From contig OY970202.1 of assembly GCA_963708375.1 (NCBI GenBank), positions 2,065,814 to 2,129,813 of the forward strand: DNA of 64,000 nucleotides. Direction: 5' to 3'. This document shows, piece after piece, positions 45,831-55,680 of this stretch; the first letter of the stretch is position 1, and each line of letters begins with the position of its first letter. This DNA is from an uncultured Solirubrobacterales bacterium (GTDB lineage: Bacteria > Actinomycetota > Thermoleophilia > Solirubrobacterales > Solirubrobacteraceae). Below the pieces are notes generated by a model that searched no databases, was not told the origin of the DNA, and saw only the letters and a program-made list of their open reading frames with translations. The position numbers and the translations under genes are program-made.

Positions 45831-47348
45831 ATGACGTTTCTCTCCGGACGCCGCGGCATCGCGGCGTGCATAGTCTCGGCGGCCGCGGCGGTCGCCGTGG
45901 CCGCGCCGGGCACAGCGAGCGCAACGCCCGACCTGCTCGGGCAGTGCGCAGGGACGAGCATAAGCGCCAACGGCTCTTCGTTCCAGGCGCCGATCCTGGT
46001 GAAGTGGGGCGAAGAGTTCAACACGAGCGCAAACACGCTCGCTTGTAACGGCACGCAGGGCTCGAAAGGGACCCCCAAAGTCACATATGTGAGCGGCGGC
46101 AGCGGCGCCTGTTTGCACGCGTGGGGCGCTGAAACCGTCGAACCGGTGAAATACGGGGAATTCCCGTTCTGCGGCACCGACGAAGCTCCCAACGAAACTC
46201 AGAAAAAAGAAATCGAATCGCATAGGACGGGTGGCGAAGAAAAGTCGCTCGAGACGATTCCGGTTCTGCAGGGCGCGGTCACGGTGATCGTGCACCTACC
46301 TGCCGGTTGTGTCGCCGAAAGTGAAATCGAAAAGAGCGGCAAAAAGTTCAAGCTCGGTCGTCTCGTGCTCGACAACTCCTCGGTGGAGGGCGTCTACGCC
46401 GGTACGATCAAAACTTGGAAGCAGCTCTTGACAAACCAGAAAGGCGACGGCAGCGACGCGCTGAAATGCACGGTCGCGGCTGAAGAAGAAGACACGATCA
46501 CGCCGGTTGTGCGTCTTGATAAATCTGGCACCACGCACATCTTCAAGGCCTACCTGGAGCAGGTGGCGCCGACGGAATCGATCAAAATGGAAGAATATCC
46601 CGAAACGCTGTCTCCTGCGGGACGCGGCAAATCAGGCTGCACGAAATCGTTTGCCGAAGAAGAAGAGCTCTGGAGTCAGGTAGCCGAAGGCTGCCAGAAC
46701 CAGCGCTGGCCGGCGGCGGCGAAAGTCGCATTCGGGACCGAAAAAGGCAACCCGGGCGTCGTCAAGCGCGTCAACGAAGTGGCCAGCAGCATCGGCTACG
46801 CCGACCTTGCGGTCGCGCGGGAATACAAGTTCTTCTCCGCGAACTGCAAAGTCACCACGCCGTGCGGCGGGGAAAACAAAAAAGGTAGTGCAACCAAACT
46901 CGGCGAACAGAACAAGGAGTTCTGGGCTGAGGTGCAGGACACGGCCACACCGTCCATCAGCGGTTACGCCGATCCCGCCTCCAACGGCGATATCGAAAAA
47001 GCAGCAAGCTCGAACTGCAAAAGCACCGTGTATGCCAACAAAGCGGGCGTGAAATTCCCGCCGGCGAGCACGCGTGAACTGTGGAACGAAGCCAAGGCCG
47101 AATTGGTGCAGGCGAAGTACTCGCTGTGCGGCCTGACGTACGACCTGGCGCTTCGTCAGTACAAGTACTACCCCGGAACGACCAAGGAAGAGGCCACAAC
47201 CGTGGAGAACTTCCTGCTTTGGGCACTCAACGCCAAAGCCGAAGGCGGGGGCGCGTTCGAGAAGAACACCGACTATGAAAAGCTGTCGGGCACCATCATC
47301 AAAGAGTCCGAAACTGGCCTGAAGGAAATCGGGTTCGAAACCGCGTAG
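45831..47348 (+). CDS. Large Cys-rich secreted PstS-like phosphate-binding protein (orphan, copy 3)
   Basis: SD CAGGAGG before ATG 45831; ANGSSFQ, GGSG, CGTDEAP, RLDKSGTT, GNPGV and IGYAD align with PstS motifs; 505 aa. Confidence 0.8.
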   Translation: MTFLSGRRGIAACIVSAAAAVAVAAPGTASATPDLLGQCAGTSISANGSSFQAPILVKWGEEFNTSANTLACNGTQGSKGTPKVTYVSGGSGACLHAWGAETVEPVKYGEFPFCGTDEAPNETQKKEIESHRTGGEEKSLETIPVLQGAVTVIVHLPAGCVAESEIEKSGKKFKLGRLVLDNSSVEGVYAGTIKTWKQLLTNQKGDGSDALKCTVAAEEEDTITPVVRLDKSGTTHIFKAYLEQVAPTESIKMEEYPETLSPAGRGKSGCTKSFAEEEELWSQVAEGCQNQRWPAAAKVAFGTEKGNPGVVKRVNEVASSIGYADLAVAREYKFFSANCKVTTPCGGENKKGSATKLGEQNKEFWAEVQDTATPSISGYADPASNGDIEKAASSNCKSTVYANKAGVKFPPASTRELWNEAKAELVQAKYSLCGLTYDLALRQYKYYPGTTKEEATTVENFLLWALNAKAEGGGAFEKNTDYEKLSGTIIKESETGLKEIGFETA

Positions 47349-47402
47349 TCAGGCGGTAGCCGGGTGGGCCGCCTTGCGGCTCGCGCGAGCGCAGAATCCG
47401 AG

Positions 47403-47437
47403 CGAGCGGGCCGTCCCAGGTTGGGGCGGCCCGCTCG
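47403..47437 (+). terminator. GC-rich hairpin after the PstS-like gene
   Basis: CGAGCGGGCCGTCCC-aggtt-GGGGCGGCCCGCTCG, a 15-bp stem with one G-U pair, followed by TGTTCT. Confidence 0.65.
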
Positions 47438-47622
47438 TGTTCTGGGGTTCGGTTGCGATTGCCGCAGGCGTCCGCTTCGGATCAGGTCGGGCGCACCGTC
47501 CGAAGGCCCGGTGGTCCGGTGTCGAGCCGATCACCGAATCTCAACGTCGGCGGCCGCACGCACTGGCATTGTGTTACACGCACTGAGCCCCTGACAACCG
47601 AGCAAGGAGGCCGCAGGACACC

Positions 47623-49143
47623 ATGAGCGTGAAGGTGCGAAGCGGAATCGAGGCGCCCGCTTCGTCAAGTCCTCCGCCAATCGAGCCGTACGGTCCCTCT
47701 GCGCCGTTGGCCGTGTCGGCGTCCACCGTCGGAGCCACCTCGTCGCTCACCGAGGTGCGCGGACCGGCCGCGAGCCTGCGCCGCGACTCCCTGTTTCGAC
47801 GGAGCCTTGTCGCGGCGGACCTGGTCACGCTTTGCGGCGCCTTCACTCTCGCCACGGTGCTGTTTGCGAGGTCGCCTCGCTTCCTGGCCACAGCCGCCGT
47901 GTTGGCGCCGATCCTATTGTTGGGCGGGAAGGTCAGCGGCCTGTATGACCGCGACGAGACGCTGCTCCACAAGACGACGCTCGACGAGGCGCCGCGGTTG
48001 TTCCAGCTCGCGACGCTGTGCGCCTTGGTGACGTGGCTGGCGGGAGCCTCAGTTGTGAGCGAGCCAATCGGCCGCGGCGAGGCGCTCTCGTTGTGGCTGG
48101 CCCTTGCCGTGTTGCTGGTCCTGGCTCGGGCCGCCGCGCGCACGCTCGCGCTGCGTGCCACGCCCGCGGAGCGATGTTTGTTCATCGGCGACGAAGCCTC
48201 CGCCCAAGCCGTCCGCGCCAAGCTGAGCGGGCACGGAGGCGTCAAGGCCACGATGGTGGCGCGGGTCGACCTCGAGCGTGCCGAGCCCTGGTCGACCGAT
48301 ACCTTCTCAGCGCAGCGCCTGGCGGAGATCGGGGACCTGGCGCAGTCGCTGGACGTGCACCGGGTGATCATCGCGCCGCGCAGCGCGGATGCCGGTGAGA
48401 TGCTCAACCTCGTGCGGACCCTCAAGGCGGTGGGAGTGCGCGTCAGCGTGTTGCCACGACTGCTCGAGGTCGTGGGGTCCTCGATCGAGTTCGACGATCT
48501 GCACGGCGTGATGGTGATGGGAGTGCGGCGTTTCGACCTCACCCGCTCCTCGGCCAAGCTCAAGCGCGCTTTCGACCTGCTCGGCGCGTCGCTGGGTTTG
48601 CTCGCGGTCTCCCCGCTGATGATTGCGATCGCCGCCGCTATCAAGCTCGACAGCCGCGGCCCCGTGTTCTTTCGCCAGACGCGAGTGGGCCGCGACGGCA
48701 AACGCTTTCAGATGATCAAGTTCCGCACGATGGTCAACGGCGCAGACGCGATGAAGGAGGCCTTGCGCGAGCGCAACGAAGCGCAGGAGGGCCTGTTCAA
48801 GATCGCCGACGATCCGCGTGTCACGCGGGTGGGCAGCTTTCTGCGCAAGAGCTCGCTTGACGAGCTGCCCCAATTGCTGAACATCGTCGCCGGCGAGATG
48901 AGCCTGGTGGGCCCGCGACCGCTTGTGGTGGACGAGGATCGCCGCGTGGAGGGCTGGCATCGTCGTCGCCTGGAGCTGATGCCAGGCATGACCGGCCACT
49001 GGCAGATCCTAGGCCCGGCGCGGGTGCCGCTGCGCGAGATGGTGGCGATCGACTACCTGTATGTCGCCAATTGGTCGCTGTGGACAGACGTGAAGATTCT
49101 CCTGCGAACCGTGCCCCACGTGCTCGGGCGGCGGGGGTTGTAG
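47623..49143 (+). CDS. Priming polyprenyl-phosphate glycosylphosphotransferase (WcaJ/WbaP-like sugar transferase)
   Basis: [28 protein letters not shown] and MSLVGPRP; SD AAGGAGG. Confidence 0.93.
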   Translation: MSVKVRSGIEAPASSSPPPIEPYGPSAPLAVSASTVGATSSLTEVRGPAASLRRDSLFRRSLVAADLVTLCGAFTLATVLFARSPRFLATAAVLAPILLLGGKVSGLYDRDETLLHKTTLDEAPRLFQLATLCALVTWLAGASVVSEPIGRGEALSLWLALAVLLVLARAAARTLALRATPAERCLFIGDEASAQAVRAKLSGHGGVKATMVARVDLERAEPWSTDTFSAQRLAEIGDLAQSLDVHRVIIAPRSADAGEMLNLVRTLKAVGVRVSVLPRLLEVVGSSIEFDDLHGVMVMGVRRFDLTRSSAKLKRAFDLLGASLGLLAVSPLMIAIAAAIKLDSRGPVFFRQTRVGRDGKRFQMIKFRTMVNGADAMKEALRERNEAQEGLFKIADDPRVTRVGSFLRKSSLDELPQLLNIVAGEMSLVGPRPLVVDEDRRVEGWHRRRLELMPGMTGHWQILGPARVPLREMVAIDYLYVANWSLWTDVKILLRTVPHVLGRRGL

Positions 49144-49145
49144 CG

Positions 49146-49982
49146 ATGGCGGCCCCCGCATCCGCGATGACCGCTGAGCCGTCCCCGAACTCTCAGGACC
49201 TACAGGATCGGATCGACGCTTTCGCTCGCTGGCATTACCGCTTCGAGTTCGACGACGGCGTCACCACCCCGGTGCCCGACTGGAGTCGGGTCAACCGCCA
49301 CGAGCAGCGGCGTCGCTACTTCTTCGACGCGCTGATCGCTGTCATGGGGGGCTCCCTGCGAGGACGCCGCGTACTGGACCTCGGTTGCAACGCCGGCTTC
49401 TGGTCGTTGCTCTCACTCGAAGCGGGGGGCGACTTCGTGCTCGGCATAGATTCCCAGCAGACCTACATCGATCAGGCCAACCTCGTATTCGAGGCGAAGG
49501 GGATCGATCCGGCCAGGCACCGTTTCGAGCAGGCAAACGTGCTCGAGTGCGACTTCGACGAAGACTTCGACATCGTGCTGTGCCTGGGCCTGATGGAACA
49601 CGTGGCGCGGCCCTTCGAGCTGTTCGAGCGGATCGCGAGCGTGGGCGCTCCCATCGTCGTGATAGACACCGCGCTCTCGCGCGCCTCCTCGAGCTCCTTC
49701 GAAGTGTCAACGCTCGCCGAGCCGCAGGACGGCGTGGACGGCAAGCTCGTACTGGTCCCCACCAGGCAGGCCGTGATCGAGCTGGCCGCCCGGTTCGGCT
49801 TGCAGGCGGTGCCGCTGGCCCGGAACATGAGCGACTGGTTGGGAATGGAGGATTACCGCAGCCTGCGCCGGCTCGCCTTCATCTGCTCGCGCGAGGCGCT
49901 GCCGCCGACGTTGCCTATCGAGCGGGCCTCGCCGATCGCAGCTCGCTGGGCGACGATGGTCGACTACGTGCGTCACAGGTAG
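49146..49982 (+). CDS. Class I SAM-dependent methyltransferase
   Basis: RVLDLGCNAGFWS and FDIVLCLGLMEH. Confidence 0.85.
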   Translation: MAAPASAMTAEPSPNSQDLQDRIDAFARWHYRFEFDDGVTTPVPDWSRVNRHEQRRRYFFDALIAVMGGSLRGRRVLDLGCNAGFWSLLSLEAGGDFVLGIDSQQTYIDQANLVFEAKGIDPARHRFEQANVLECDFDEDFDIVLCLGLMEHVARPFELFERIASVGAPIVVIDTALSRASSSSFEVSTLAEPQDGVDGKLVLVPTRQAVIELAARFGLQAVPLARNMSDWLGMEDYRSLRRLAFICSREALPPTLPIERASPIAARWATMVDYVRHR

Positions 49983-49985
49983 ACG

Positions 49986-50774
49986 ATGTCCGCACAGGTC
50001 GAGGCTCGCGAGCAGGCATTCTGGGACGAGCACGTGCCGCCGCTCGAGCAGGTCGTGCGCCGCTTCGAGAAGGGACCCGATCCAAACACGAAGGCGATGA
50101 TCGACGCGGTCGAGCCGCTGCGTGGCATGCGCGTGCTCGACTTCGCTTGCGGAGCAGGTCTCACCTCCGCATTTCTTGCCCAGTGCGGTGCACTCGTCAC
50201 GGCGATCGACATCAGCCCAGCCTCGATCGAACGTGCGCGCCAGCTTTCGCAGGCAGTGAATCTTCCAATCGAGACGATCGCCGGCGAATTGTCAGCCGGG
50301 ACCTTCCCGCCGCATAGCTTCGACGCCGTCGTTGGTCGCTTTGCCCTGCACCACGTCGACCTGAGGAAGATCGCGCCGGTGCTCCACGAGATCCTCGTGC
50401 CCGGCGGTCGAGCCGGTTTTCTGGAGACGATGGGGCTCAACCCGCTGCTGAACCTCGCGCGATACAGGTTGGCCGGCAGGGGGCGAGTCGCGAGCTATGG
50501 CTCTGAGGACGAGCGGCCGCTGGAGCGCTCAGACCTGCATCTGCTCAGTGACACGATCGGGCAGCTCGAGTGCACCGTTGGCAGGATGCAGTTTCTGAGG
50601 ATCTTCGATCGCAACGTGCTCCACTTCCGCCATCGCCGCGTGTCCAGAGCCCTCGGAGGCGCCGACGATCTCCTGCAACGGCTGGGCCTGAGCTTCCTCA
50701 GCTACCACCAGGTGCTCAAGTTGACCAAGAGTGGAAACGCCGCCGGTCAGCCGGCGCCGACGACCGACGCCTGA
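49986..50774 (+). CDS. Class I SAM-dependent methyltransferase
   Basis: RVLDFACGAG, AIDIS and FDAVVGRFALHH. Confidence 0.85.
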   Translation: MSAQVEAREQAFWDEHVPPLEQVVRRFEKGPDPNTKAMIDAVEPLRGMRVLDFACGAGLTSAFLAQCGALVTAIDISPASIERARQLSQAVNLPIETIAGELSAGTFPPHSFDAVVGRFALHHVDLRKIAPVLHEILVPGGRAGFLETMGLNPLLNLARYRLAGRGRVASYGSEDERPLERSDLHLLSDTIGQLECTVGRMQFLRIFDRNVLHFRHRRVSRALGGADDLLQRLGLSFLSYHQVLKLTKSGNAAGQPAPTTDA

Positions 50775-52007
50775 GGCGAGCTGCCGAGCGGCCCTGACCT
50801 CCTCCTCGTCGAAAAGCGGCTCGGAGGGAATTGAAGTGAGTGCCTGATCCCAGCGCCCCGAGAATTCCTGACCCAATTCGGCGGCCTGGTTGACAAGCGC
50901 TGAGATGCGAGTCTGAAAGGCGCTCACCGAGAATCGCATCGCGTTCATGCGCGCGTGAGCGGGCTCGAAGTCGAGCTCGTCGATCGTCTCGATGGCATGC
51001 TGGAAAGCATCGACGTCGTCGAGCCTGGCAAGCGTTCCGGTGCGTCCGTCGAGGACCGTCTCGAGCGCTCCGCCGGCGCCGGCCGCGATCACCGGGCGAC
51101 CGGCCGCCTGGGCCTCGACGATCGTGATGCCGAACTCCTCCATGCTGGGCACGACGACCGCCCTGGCTGCGGAATAGAGCTCGACGAGCTGGCGGTCATC
51201 GAGCCGACCGAGAAACTCCGCCTCGGGATAGGCTGCTCGCAGCGCCTCGAAATCGGGACCGCTGCCGACGACGCGGATCGGCGCTCGGGCCCGCCTTGCG
51301 GCCTCCAGGGCGATGTCCACGCGCTTGTGCCGCACGAGCTCTGAGACGACGAGCAGCTTGTCTTCCGGTCGCTCTTCTTCGAAGCGGTGTGTCTCGACGG
51401 GAGGATGAACGATCGGCGCGTCGCGGTCGTAGTAGCGCTTGATCCGCTGGCGGCTGAGCTCGGAAATTGCGATGTAGGCGTCCACGCGCTGGCTTGCCGC
51501 CAGATCCCAGCGACGCATACGGCGCATCTGGGCGCGCAGCAGCGGGCGCAGCGGAGACGCGGTTTCGCTTAGCGCACGATCTTCCTCATACCAGGCGTAG
51601 CGAAATGGGGTGTAGCAGTAACAGACGTGTATGGCGCCCTCGGGCGCCCGAACGCCGTGGGCAAACGCGCTGCTGCTGCTGAGCACGACGTCAGACTCCG
51701 GCAGCTCCAGTCGTTCGACCGAGCGTGGGTACATTGGAAACAGGCGTCTGAAATTGGACTGACCCACACCCAGGCGCTGTAGGCGCGAGGTGGTGATCGA
51801 GCGGCCGGCGAAACGTCCGCTTGTGCCTAGCTCGTCGTAGAGCAAGGTATATATCGGCGCCTCGGGATAGACCTCTGTCATCGCGGCGAAGGTACGCTCG
51901 GCGCCTCGCATGACAAGCAGGTAATCGTGAGCCAGCGCGATGCGCTCGGCAACGGATGCGCCGGGCGCCTCGGTCGCGGCGGGCTGGTTCATGGCTGGCT
52001 GGTTCAT
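50529..52007 (-). CDS. GT4 glycosyltransferase (WbaZ-like), with an apparent C-terminal extension
   Basis: HDYLLVMRGAER, HVCYCYTPFRYAW and EEFGITIVEAQAAG; start ATG 52007 or 51992 (MNQPA duplicated). Confidence 0.88.
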   Translation of the reverse strand: MNQPAMNQPAATEAPGASVAERIALAHDYLLVMRGAERTFAAMTEVYPEAPIYTLLYDELGTSGRFAGRSITTSRLQRLGVGQSNFRRLFPMYPRSVERLELPESDVVLSSSSAFAHGVRAPEGAIHVCYCYTPFRYAWYEEDRALSETASPLRPLLRAQMRRMRRWDLAASQRVDAYIAISELSRQRIKRYYDRDAPIVHPPVETHRFEEERPEDKLLVVSELVRHKRVDIALEAARRARAPIRVVGSGPDFEALRAAYPEAEFLGRLDDRQLVELYSAARAVVVPSMEEFGITIVEAQAAGRPVIAAGAGGALETVLDGRTGTLARLDDVDAFQHAIETIDELDFEPAHARMNAMRFSVSAFQTRISALVNQAAELGQEFSGRWDQALTSIPSEPLFDEEEVRAARQLASGVGRRRRLTGGVSTLGQLEHLVVAEEAQAQPLQEIVGASEGSGHAAMAEVEHVAIEDPQKLHPANGALELPDRVTEQMQV

Positions 52008-52288
52008 CGCTGGCGCACGGTGATCGACAGGCCAAAACAGAGCGAACCCAAGAGGGACCGCCAAGGTTTTCCGAGAAACTTGGTGAGGGACTGCCGCTGG
52101 TCAACGGCGGGTGATCTGTTGGCGCCAGACTATGTCGTCGTCAATCGGCGATTGTGACATTTTGGTAGTCATTGGGAGCGATGCCGGCGGGCGCGTGCGA
52201 AAGTCCCGTTATGTCGTATCGACACCGCTTGAGTAGTCTCAGGCGCTCGGTTCCCGGTCCCGGGCGAACCCACGCAACGGGCGATCTG

Positions 52289-52324
52289 TACAAATCCGGT
52301 ACAAACTGATTACAAATTGTGAAC
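52289..52324 (+). promoter_or_regulatory. Triple 11-bp-period direct repeat (TACAAA) just upstream of the GT operon
   Basis: TACAAA at 52289, 52300 and 52311, then GTGAAC at 52319. Confidence 0.6.
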
Positions 52325-52329
52325 ATGTC

Positions 52330-53460
52330 ATGCGCATACTGATAACGCTGCCGTGGGGACGGCGCCTTGGAGGCGCCGAGGCGATGATCCAGACCGTGTT
52401 CGACGGGGCGGAGGGGACCGGCCACGAGCTGGATCTCGTGTTCTTCGAGCGAGGTCCTTGGTCTGAGGAGCTGGAGGGGGCCGGTTTCAATGTGAATGTG
52501 ATCGAGGCCGGGCGCTTGCGCGAGCCCCATCGCTGGCTTCGCTGCGTTCTCGCGCTCGCACGGCTCATGCGCCGCCGTCGCCCGGAGCTGATCCTAAATT
52601 GGGCGCCCAAGACCCACCTGTACGGCGCGCCGGCGGCCGTGCTCGCGGGAATGAGCGATCGGGTGCTGTGGTGGCAACACGGCATTCCCACAGGTGGCTG
52701 GATCGATCGCTGCGCGAGCGCGCTCCCGGCGGTCGCGGTCGGCTGCTCCTCGCGCGCCTCCGCACGCGCACAAATGGAAGTGTCCTCGCGCCGGGCGACG
52801 TTCGTGGTGGCGCCCGGCACCCGCACGCCAGACGCAGAGGGCGAACAGGTCGATTCACAGTTGGCCGAGCTTCCCGAGCCGAGCGAGCAGACGCCGATCG
52901 TCGGCATGGTTGCCCGCTTGGAGCCGTGGAAGGGCCACGATCGGCTGCTGAGCGCCCAGGCGCTCCTGCGCGAGCGCGGCCGGCACATGCACCTGCTGAT
53001 GGTCGGTGGCGACGCTTATGACATCTCACCCGACTACGCGCGCACACTGCCAGAGATGGTCCAGCGACTGGACCTCACGAACGCGGTCACGATGACCGGC
53101 CAGGTGCCCGACAGCGGGCCTTACATCGAGCGCATGGACATTCTTGTGAACGCCTCCGATCGTGAGCCGTTTGGCATCGTCTTGCTTGAAGCCATGGCCC
53201 GGGGGGTGGCGGTCGTCGCGGTCAACGCCGGTGGTCCGGCGGAGTTCATAGAGCACGAACGGACGGGCATGCTCGCCCGCACCCAGGATCCCGGCTCGCT
53301 CGCAGACGCCCTGGAGCCGTTGCTTGCCTCCCGCGCGAGGCGCGAAGAGCTGGGTCGCGCGGGACGGGAGCGCTTCGCGCGAGACTTCACAGACGTTGCG
53401 ATGCGAAAGCGCTTCTTTGCACAGATGGAAGTTCTGGCCAAGACCAGGGCAGCAGCCTGA
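52330..53460 (+). CDS. GT4 glycosyltransferase
   Basis: GGAE, RLEPWKGH and EPFGIVLLEAMARG. Confidence 0.9.
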   Translation: MRILITLPWGRRLGGAEAMIQTVFDGAEGTGHELDLVFFERGPWSEELEGAGFNVNVIEAGRLREPHRWLRCVLALARLMRRRRPELILNWAPKTHLYGAPAAVLAGMSDRVLWWQHGIPTGGWIDRCASALPAVAVGCSSRASARAQMEVSSRRATFVVAPGTRTPDAEGEQVDSQLAELPEPSEQTPIVGMVARLEPWKGHDRLLSAQALLRERGRHMHLLMVGGDAYDISPDYARTLPEMVQRLDLTNAVTMTGQVPDSGPYIERMDILVNASDREPFGIVLLEAMARGVAVVAVNAGGPAEFIEHERTGMLARTQDPGSLADALEPLLASRARREELGRAGRERFARDFTDVAMRKRFFAQMEVLAKTRAAA

Positions 53461-53476
53461 GCCCGCGGCTCGCGCT

Positions 53477-54694
53477 ATGAGCTCGGCGACCGTCAACGAG
53501 GATGTCAAGGCGCCTGCCGCTCGGGGCGCCTCGAGCGAGGCTGTGACGATCGTCGCTCACGATGTCGGCTCGGTCGGTGGCATGGAGCGGCAACTGGCCG
53601 AGCTCGTCCTCGGCCTGCGCCGCGAGGGGCGTCCGGTCAGCGTGATCGCGCGCACGTGCGTGTTGCCCGAGGAGGCGGGCGTCGTCTTTCACAGGGTGCG
53701 TGGGCCGAAACGGCCCTTCCTGCTTGCGTACCCATGGTTCCTGCTGGCCGGTTCGCTGACGGTGCGCAGGCGACGCCGGGGTGTCGCGCAGGCGACCGGG
53801 GCGATCGTGCTCAACCGCGTCGATGTCGTTGCCATCCATTGCTGCCATCGCGCCTACCGCGCGCAGCCAGGCCGTCCGACGGCGCCGTTTCGCGCGTACG
53901 GCGCCGTTGTCGGCTGGCTCAAGCGCTGGGGCGAGCGTCTGTGCCTGCGCGCGAACCGCCCGGCCAGCGTGGTGTGCGTGTCCGAGGGCGTGGCGGAGGA
54001 GGTGAGAAGCAATTACCCCGCTTTGTCCGAGCGCGTCCTCACCATTTACAACGGAGTGGACACACGGGCCTTTGCTCCGGGTGTGCGGAGAGCCGAGGCG
54101 CTCCGCTTGCGCGCCACGCTCGATATTTCGGCCGGCCGGCCAGTGGTCGCCTTCGTGGGGGGCGACTGGGAGCACAAGCGCCTGCGCCTGGCGATCGAGG
54201 CGATCTCCCAGGCGCCCAGCTGGGATCTGGTCGTGGCCGGTCGCGGTCACGTGCATAGCTACCGCGAACTCGCTCAATCGCTGGGTGTGACCGGCTCCGT
54301 TCACTGGCTCGGCGTCGTGCGCGACATTCAGGTGGTCTATGCGATGGCCGACGCGTTCCTGCTGCCCTCGAGCTACGAGACGTTCTCGCTTGTTACGTTC
54401 GAGGCGGCGGCAAGCGCCCTGCCGGTTCTGGCGACGCCCGTCAACGGCGTGTGCGAGCTGATTCGCGACGGAGAGAACGGGTTTCTGATCGAGCCGGACG
54501 CGCGTTTCATCGCCCGGCGCCTGGAGCGGCTCGCCGCCGATCCGGCGCTCGCCAAGCGTTTGGGCGAAGCCGCGCGTCAAGCCGCGCTCGGCTTTCGCTG
54601 GGAGGAGATGGTGAGCCGGCACGACCAGCTGTATGCGCGGCTCGCGGCAAGGCCGGGGCCGGCGCCGTCTGGCGACGCCGGCCCCCCCTACTAG
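53477..54694 (+). CDS. GT4 glycosyltransferase
   Basis: GGMER, YNGVD and ETFSLVTFEAAA. Confidence 0.9.
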   Translation: MSSATVNEDVKAPAARGASSEAVTIVAHDVGSVGGMERQLAELVLGLRREGRPVSVIARTCVLPEEAGVVFHRVRGPKRPFLLAYPWFLLAGSLTVRRRRRGVAQATGAIVLNRVDVVAIHCCHRAYRAQPGRPTAPFRAYGAVVGWLKRWGERLCLRANRPASVVCVSEGVAEEVRSNYPALSERVLTIYNGVDTRAFAPGVRRAEALRLRATLDISAGRPVVAFVGGDWEHKRLRLAIEAISQAPSWDLVVAGRGHVHSYRELAQSLGVTGSVHWLGVVRDIQVVYAMADAFLLPSSYETFSLVTFEAAASALPVLATPVNGVCELIRDGENGFLIEPDARFIARRLERLAADPALAKRLGEAARQAALGFRWEEMVSRHDQLYARLAARPGPAPSGDAGPPY

Positions 54695-54708
54695 TCCTGA
54701 AAGCAGAG

Positions 54709-55515
54709 CTATTCGAAGCTCAGGTTGCCTCCGCCGACTTCCTCTTCGAGCATGCCTTTGAAGCTGGCAGATTTGCCTTCTTCTTTTTCTGCGCCTTCTT
54801 CGAATCCGCCTTCGCCGAGGCACTTGCCTTCTTCATAGTGCCATTCCATCCCCTTGAATTCATCGGAAATCACCAGCTTCTTCTGGAAGAGGCTGGGGAA
54901 TTTTTTCAGCTGCGTTTCTTCGACGGGCACTTCGTTGCTGGAATACGTTGCCGCCGAATAGCTGCCGCCCGGCGCGGTTGCCGCCTTGACCGGCACGGTT
55001 TGACTCGGCCATTCGATCTTGCAGACCTTGTTGGCGATCGAGATGCTGATCGAACCCGACGCGATTTCTGTTTCGCTGGCGGTCGGTCCGCTTCCCAGGC
55101 CGGCGTATCCATTGGCGTTGTACACGAACTTCACGGGTTCAGATTTATTGAAGCTGGTCGAAAGGCCGGTTACGAACCCGTTGAAGGTGGTCTTCGTGAG
55201 GCACTTGCTGAACTTGACCTCGGTGGAAAACGTCGGCGAGGTAGCCCACGACACGGCGCCTTCTTCGATCGTTTTGGTGGACGCCTTGGCGGCGCAGACG
55301 ATGCGGAACGCTCCGAATTTGAATTCCTGGTTGCGTTCTGTCCCACCGAGTTCAGAGGAGCCGATGCCTTCGCCTTTGGTCTTCCCCGGTTCGGCTGCCG
55401 AGAGCGGCTTGGGAAGGCGGCTGGCGGTGAACTGGCCGGCCGTTGCCGGCACCACGTAGGTGGCCAGCACGCCGATAACGACCGCTGGGCCTGCCGCGAT
55501 CTTGAATATTTTCAT
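54709..55515 (-). CDS. Secreted Glu/Lys-rich, beta-rich hypothetical protein (4 Cys)
   Basis: Signal peptide MKIFK...PATA; GAA/AAA-rich codons; SD-like GGAG. Confidence 0.75.
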   Translation of the reverse strand: MKIFKIAAGPAVVIGVLATYVVPATAGQFTASRLPKPLSAAEPGKTKGEGIGSSELGGTERNQEFKFGAFRIVCAAKASTKTIEEGAVSWATSPTFSTEVKFSKCLTKTTFNGFVTGLSTSFNKSEPVKFVYNANGYAGLGSGPTASETEIASGSISISIANKVCKIEWPSQTVPVKAATAPGGSYSAATYSSNEVPVEETQLKKFPSLFQKKLVISDEFKGMEWHYEEGKCLGEGGFEEGAEKEEGKSASFKGMLEEEVGGGNLSFE

Positions 55516-55547
55516 TGATGGGGCTCCGTTTCCGCGCGTTGAAGTTA

Positions 55548-55574
55548 TTCACTATTACTTCACATGAGTTTCAC
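55548..55574 (+). promoter_or_regulatory. Triple PHO-box-like repeat
   Basis: TTCAC at 55548, 55559 and 55570 (exact 11-bp period); an extra GTTCAC at 55653. Confidence 0.7.
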
Positions 55575-55680
55575 ACTTATCGTGCCGCCGGGTACTAGCA
55601 CGACGCGGCTACGCAGCCTATTGGATAGGCAAGCGGAACGATGATAAGAAGTGTTCACATCTTGGCGGGAATTCGAGCCT

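Noticed and set aside
49146-49982. tRNA methyltransferase CmoB
   Set aside because: Only the generic SAM-binding motifs match, and the context is a glycan cluster.
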